A DNA stretch of 64,000 bases, taken from assembly GCA_034505495.1 (NCBI GenBank), contig JAPDQV010000010.1, forward strand, positions 33,108 through 97,107. The letters run 5' to 3'. Under the pieces are notes generated by a model, which saw only the letters and a list, made by a program, of their open reading frames with translations, was not told the DNA's origin and ran no database searches. The position numbers were made by a program, and so were the translations under genes. How positions within the stretch are numbered: the stretch's first letter is position 1; every line of letters starts with the position of its first letter. This document shows positions 60,253 through 64,000 of this stretch, in pieces. The stretch is from Candidatus Zhuqueibacterota bacterium (GTDB lineage Bacteria; Zhuqueibacterota; Zhuqueibacteria; Residuimicrobiales; Krinioviventaceae).

Positions 60253-61569
60253 TCACTTGTTCTTTTTACGGAAAACCATTCGAATCGGCACGCCGAAAAA
60301 GCCGAACCGTTCGCGCAACTTGTTTTCTAAATAATGGCGATAATTGCTCTTGATACCGCGCGGCTCGTTGGTGAAAAAGATAAAAGTCGGCGGTGCGCTT
60401 TTAACCTGCGTCGCATAATTGATCTTGATCCACTTGCTGCCGTAAGCGGGCGGATGGTTTTCGGCCACGGCATCCTGTAGACAGCGGTTCAGGTCGCCGG
60501 TCGCCAGGCGTTTCTGCCGCTCCTGATGCACCGAAAGGGCGACGTCGATGACCTTAAAGATGCGCTGTTTGGTCACGGCGGAGATGAAGAGAATCGGCAA
60601 AAAGCGCAAATCCCGCAACTCTTCGCGCATGGTCATTTCAAAATGTCGCGCCGTGTTTGTGTCTTTTTCGACGAGATCCCATTTATTGACGGCTACGACG
60701 ACTCCCTTACCCAGACTTAGAGCGTTGCCGATGATCGACTTGTCCTGATCGGTAAGCCCTTCGACCGCATCGACGAGCACGACGGCAACGTCGCACCGTC
60801 GGAGCGCTTCGGCAGTGCGCAGAGTGCTGAAATATTCAATATCCTCCTTGATGCGCGAGCGCTTGCGCAGACCGGCCGTATCGACCAGCACGATGCTTCT
60901 GCCGTAGTAGCGCAGTATCGAGTCTACAGCGTCGCGCGTCGTTCCGGCAATCTCGGTGACGATCATCTTTTCCTGACCGAGCAGCGCATTGACCAAGGAA
61001 GATTTTCCGACATTGGGGCGGCCGACGATCGCCAGGCGCATCTCGGGCAGTTCTTCGGCTGCCGCTGCTCGCTGAGGCAAAAGATGAACGACGCGGTCGA
61101 GAAAATCGCCGATTGCCCGTCCGGCCATGGCCGAGATGGCGGACGGTTCGCCCAAGCCCAACTGAAAGAATTCGGCAACGTCCGCCTCGCGCTTTTCATT
61201 ATCCACCTTGTTGACGGCGACAAGCGATGAAACGCCGGAACGGCGCACCATTTCGGCAATTTCGAGGTCCAGCGGCGTCACCCCGTCGGTTACGTCGCAC
61301 AGCAGCACGGCCAAATCGGCTTCGTTCAGCGCCAATTCGACCTGCCGGCGTATGGCGCGCTCGAAAACATCGTCCGAGAACGGCACATAGCCGCCGGTAT
61401 CGAGCAGATCGAATTCAACGCCGGCCCACTCTGCCGCGGCCTGCTTGCGGTCACGCGTCAAGCCCGGCGTGTCATCGACAATCGCTTCGCGACGGCGGAT
61501 AATGCGGTTGAAAAGCGTCGATTTGCCGACGTTCGGTCGGCCGATAATAGCCACAATCGGTTTTTTCAT
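60253..61569 (-). CDS. der: Ribosome-biogenesis GTPase Der/EngA (tandem GTP-binding domains)
   Basis: Two G domains (GRPNVGKST twice, DTGG/DTAG, NKxD) and a C-terminal KH-like domain; 438 aa. Confidence 0.9.
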   Translation of the reverse strand: MKKPIVAIIGRPNVGKSTLFNRIIRRREAIVDDTPGLTRDRKQAAAEWAGVEFDLLDTGGYVPFSDDVFERAIRRQVELALNEADLAVLLCDVTDGVTPLDLEIAEMVRRSGVSSLVAVNKVDNEKREADVAEFFQLGLGEPSAISAMAGRAIGDFLDRVVHLLPQRAAAAEELPEMRLAIVGRPNVGKSSLVNALLGQEKMIVTEIAGTTRDAVDSILRYYGRSIVLVDTAGLRKRSRIKEDIEYFSTLRTAEALRRCDVAVVLVDAVEGLTDQDKSIIGNALSLGKGVVVAVNKWDLVEKDTNTARHFEMTMREELRDLRFLPILFISAVTKQRIFKVIDVALSVHQERQKRLATGDLNRCLQDAVAENHPPAYGSKWIKINYATQVKSAPPTFIFFTNEPRGIKSNYRHYLENKLRERFGFFGVPIRMVFRKKNK

Positions 61570-62837
61570 ACCTGCTCGAACAATTCCAAAAAGCTGTCGT
61601 GAATTTGTTGCACGGGGCGTCCGAGTGTTTTCTCAAGTCGGGGGACTGTCCAGTCGTCGAGGAAAAGACCGTCGTCGTTGAGACAGTTCGGCGGTAAAAT
61701 GACCCGATCGCCGCGCGGCGTTCCTGCCAACTGTTCGGCAATGTCGCCGCCGGTGAGCAAACCGGAAACCGCCACGTTGCCGCCGAAGAAACAGTTCTCG
61801 ATCGCCTGCAGACGGACCGTACATCCCGTCACGCGCTCGAGTTGAGGCACGACGTATTCCGCCAAAATCGGCGCCGCCATTTTGCCGGTCACGATTTCAA
61901 AAACGGTCGGCCGAATCGCAGCGGGTAAATGCTGCGAATCCAGATCAAACTCATCGAGCAAGCGGCGCACCATGCCCACGCCGTTTTCGATCTGCGGAAA
62001 GTCGTCATAGTAATCAGCGTCGGGGACCTTTTCTCCGGCTAAAAGAAAGAACTCGTCGGCCGGATAGACCAGCCGCTTGCCGTATTTCCGTTTGAATAGC
62101 GCTCCCTTTTCATTCAGTCGGCTGAGAATCTGCACGGCATCCTGTTCGGAAACCGGCCGCAGCGGCACGAGCTTATCACGGTACTTCGTCAAACCGACCG
62201 GCACCACGGCGATGCCGGCGATCCACGGAAAAAAGCCTGCCAGCGTTTCGATCGTCTCGTCGAGCGCGGCGCCGTCGTTCCAGCCGGGACAAAGAACAAT
62301 CTGCGTCTGCATCTCGATGCGATGCTCCGCCAGAAAGGCAATCTTGTCGAGCAGACGATCGTCCCGACGCAGCCCCAGCATTCGGCGTCGCAAATCGGCA
62401 TCGACTGCATGAACGCTTATATACAGCGGCGACAGGCGCTGTTCGACGATGCGCTGCAGTTGGCGCCGCGATAGATTGGTCAAAGTAACATAGCTTCCAT
62501 GCAGAAAAGAGAGCCGAAAGTCTTCATCCTTGAACAAGAGTGTCGGGCGAACGCCGGGTGGATTTTGATCGACAAAGCAAAAGATGCAGCGATTGCCGCA
62601 AGAGCGGCACTGCATCTCTTCGAACCAAAGCCCTAAATCCTCGCCGCCCGCTTCAATCTCGTAAATTGTCGTCTCGCCGTTGCGGCGAATTTCCAGCGTC
62701 AGCTCCTCTTCTTGAGCATAGAAACGATAATCGATCTCGTCCTCCACCTTTCGGCCGTTGACGGCAATCAATTCATCGCCGATTTTTATCCCGACTTTAT
62801 GCGCAATGCTGTTTTTTCGAACACCGACAATCTTCAC
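61566..62837 (-). CDS. DUF512-family radical SAM-like Fe-S protein with N-terminal PDZ domain (GTG start)
   Basis: PDZ-like N-terminus (VGIKIGDELIAVNG) and a CRSCGNRCIFCF Cys cluster. Confidence 0.75.
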   Translation of the reverse strand: MKIVGVRKNSIAHKVGIKIGDELIAVNGRKVEDEIDYRFYAQEEELTLEIRRNGETTIYEIEAGGEDLGLWFEEMQCRSCGNRCIFCFVDQNPPGVRPTLLFKDEDFRLSFLHGSYVTLTNLSRRQLQRIVEQRLSPLYISVHAVDADLRRRMLGLRRDDRLLDKIAFLAEHRIEMQTQIVLCPGWNDGAALDETIETLAGFFPWIAGIAVVPVGLTKYRDKLVPLRPVSEQDAVQILSRLNEKGALFKRKYGKRLVYPADEFFLLAGEKVPDADYYDDFPQIENGVGMVRRLLDEFDLDSQHLPAAIRPTVFEIVTGKMAAPILAEYVVPQLERVTGCTVRLQAIENCFFGGNVAVSGLLTGGDIAEQLAGTPRGDRVILPPNCLNDDGLFLDDWTVPRLEKTLGRPVQQIHDSFLELFEQV

Positions 62838-62918
62838 GTGTTTACCTTTTGCATTGAAATGTAAGAAAAAGATCGGCCAGATTAAAGCGGTGTTTATACC
62901 GACGGCACAAGGCGACCG

Positions 62919-63983
62919 CTAAAAACCCTCCAGTTTGCGGATAGCAGTCAGCGCCTCGATCCCGCTTAAGGGTCGATTAGGAGCAAAGGCATCTTCAATA
63001 GTGCTCATAATGCCGCGTTCGGTCATAAGGCACACAGCATTGTATCCGTAATGTGAAGGTTTGACGTCGATAAATCGTTTACCGCTGTTGAGATATGCCG
63101 TATCGAGAGCTCGGTCGCCGGTGATCAAAATGAGAGCCTGTTGAAAAATCAAGGCGGCATCCATCCTAGTAACCACCTCGAAAGGTCGAAAACAACGGTC
63201 AGGATAGACGCTCATAACTCCCAATCCGACGATCGTGCGAATCTCAAGTTCTTCCTTGAGGCCGGCAATATCGACGATCGGTACGTTCGATGGCGCTTGA
63301 GTGGTGGTGCTGCGCGCCGGATTCGGATTGCGCTTTGCGATCAAACGATCAATGCCGAGTTCTCGGATCAGCAGGACGGCCAAATCGGCGCGCGTCAGAG
63401 CCTCTTTTTGTAAAAGCCCGTCGCCGTACGGGGTGCGAGGCGAAGCCGCAATCCGCGCCGAAATGAACCGCAGACGCTCACGTGCCGTTTCCGCAAATCG
63501 CCCCTCTCGAACCGCGCGAAAGCCGTCGGCGGCCTTTGCATAGTCACCTAGCTGAAAGAAAATTTCGGCTCTATAAAAGCGCGCTTCCTGATTGTCCGGC
63601 GAAGCGGCCAGCACGGCCTCGAAAGCAGCGGCCGCCTTGTCCGTCCAGCGGTTCGGCTTGACCAGCAGGTAAACCTTGCCGCGCATCATCTGCACGTCGA
63701 GGGAGCGGCTGTTCTTCGCCGCAGCTTTTTCCACAGCCTCTACCGCCTTTTCTCCCTCTCCCCGTAATGCCGAAAGATAGGCCAAACCGGCAAGAGCTTC
63801 CGCATGGTTAGGATTTGCCTTAAGGGCTCGTTGAAAGGCGATTGCCGCGTTCTGATGATCCTCTCGTTGCAGGAATTCTATGCCCTGCTGATAGGCTGCT
63901 TCCGACGCTGCAGGATCAAAAGCGGACTGCCGATGCGGCGGCCTGGTGCAGGCCGCAATCAACGGTAAAAGAAAAAACAGCAC
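62919..63983 (-). CDS. TPR-repeat lipoprotein with C-terminal SLH-like or other conserved domain
   Basis: Lipoprotein-like signal (LLPLIAACT); three or more TPR units (AIAFQRALKANPNHAEALAGLAYL, AAFEAVLAASPDNQEARFYRAEIFFQLGDYAKA). The C-terminal half has TRADLAVLLIREL-type SLH-like segments. The start lies close to the window end. Confidence 0.55.
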   Translation of the reverse strand: MLFFLLPLIAACTRPPHRQSAFDPAASEAAYQQGIEFLQREDHQNAAIAFQRALKANPNHAEALAGLAYLSALRGEGEKAVEAVEKAAAKNSRSLDVQMMRGKVYLLVKPNRWTDKAAAAFEAVLAASPDNQEARFYRAEIFFQLGDYAKAADGFRAVREGRFAETARERLRFISARIAASPRTPYGDGLLQKEALTRADLAVLLIRELGIDRLIAKRNPNPARSTTTQAPSNVPIVDIAGLKEELEIRTIVGLGVMSVYPDRCFRPFEVVTRMDAALIFQQALILITGDRALDTAYLNSGKRFIDVKPSHYGYNAVCLMTERGIMSTIEDAFAPNRPLSGIEALTAIRKLEGF

Positions 63984-64000
63984 GTTCGCACGTTTCCATC

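Overview
This is a 64 kb, high-GC (~58-60%) bacterial chromosomal segment. Almost every secreted enzyme carries a Por/T9SS-type C-terminal sorting domain ending in ...LLK/LLR/LLH, so the lineage is most likely in the FCB superphylum (inference). Housekeeping genes: lexA (partial), typA/bipA, a complete phoU-pstSCAB1B2 phosphate-uptake operon, pgi, glgX, der/engA with its DUF512 radical-SAM partner, and two tRNA(CAU) genes. The accessory content is dominated by T9SS-tagged polysaccharide hydrolases (GH5, GH9, GH10, GH97, a BNR/GH74-like protein, a GH44-like protein and a TIM-barrel GH of uncertain family) and by two Tat-exported Gfo/Idh/MocA oxidoreductases. The most unusual feature is a run of about 18 tightly packed, translationally coupled minus-strand genes at 38.2-56.9 kb. 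It combines a cytoplasmic NuoE-NuoF fusion flavoprotein, a ferredoxin-GltD-like Fe-S flavoprotein, a NapG/NapH-like Tat-ferredoxin plus polyferredoxin membrane pair (no NapAB present), a small Tat-exported Cys4 protein, an NHL propeller, a GT4 glycosyltransferase and seven paralogous PQQ-like beta-propeller proteins sharing an N-terminal WPxFRGP motif. No hydrogenase, formate dehydrogenase or nitrate reductase catalytic subunit is present, so the wiring is not a described system. Other notable items: PhoU fused to a catalytically dead LMW-PTP/ArsC-like domain; a B12-binding radical SAM next to a SPASM radical SAM; a ~200 bp array of palindrome-containing tandem repeats between convergent genes; and a degenerate ParA-like protein next to a membrane-anchored receiver domain. 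All calls are from reading the sequence and ORF translations; no database searches were run.
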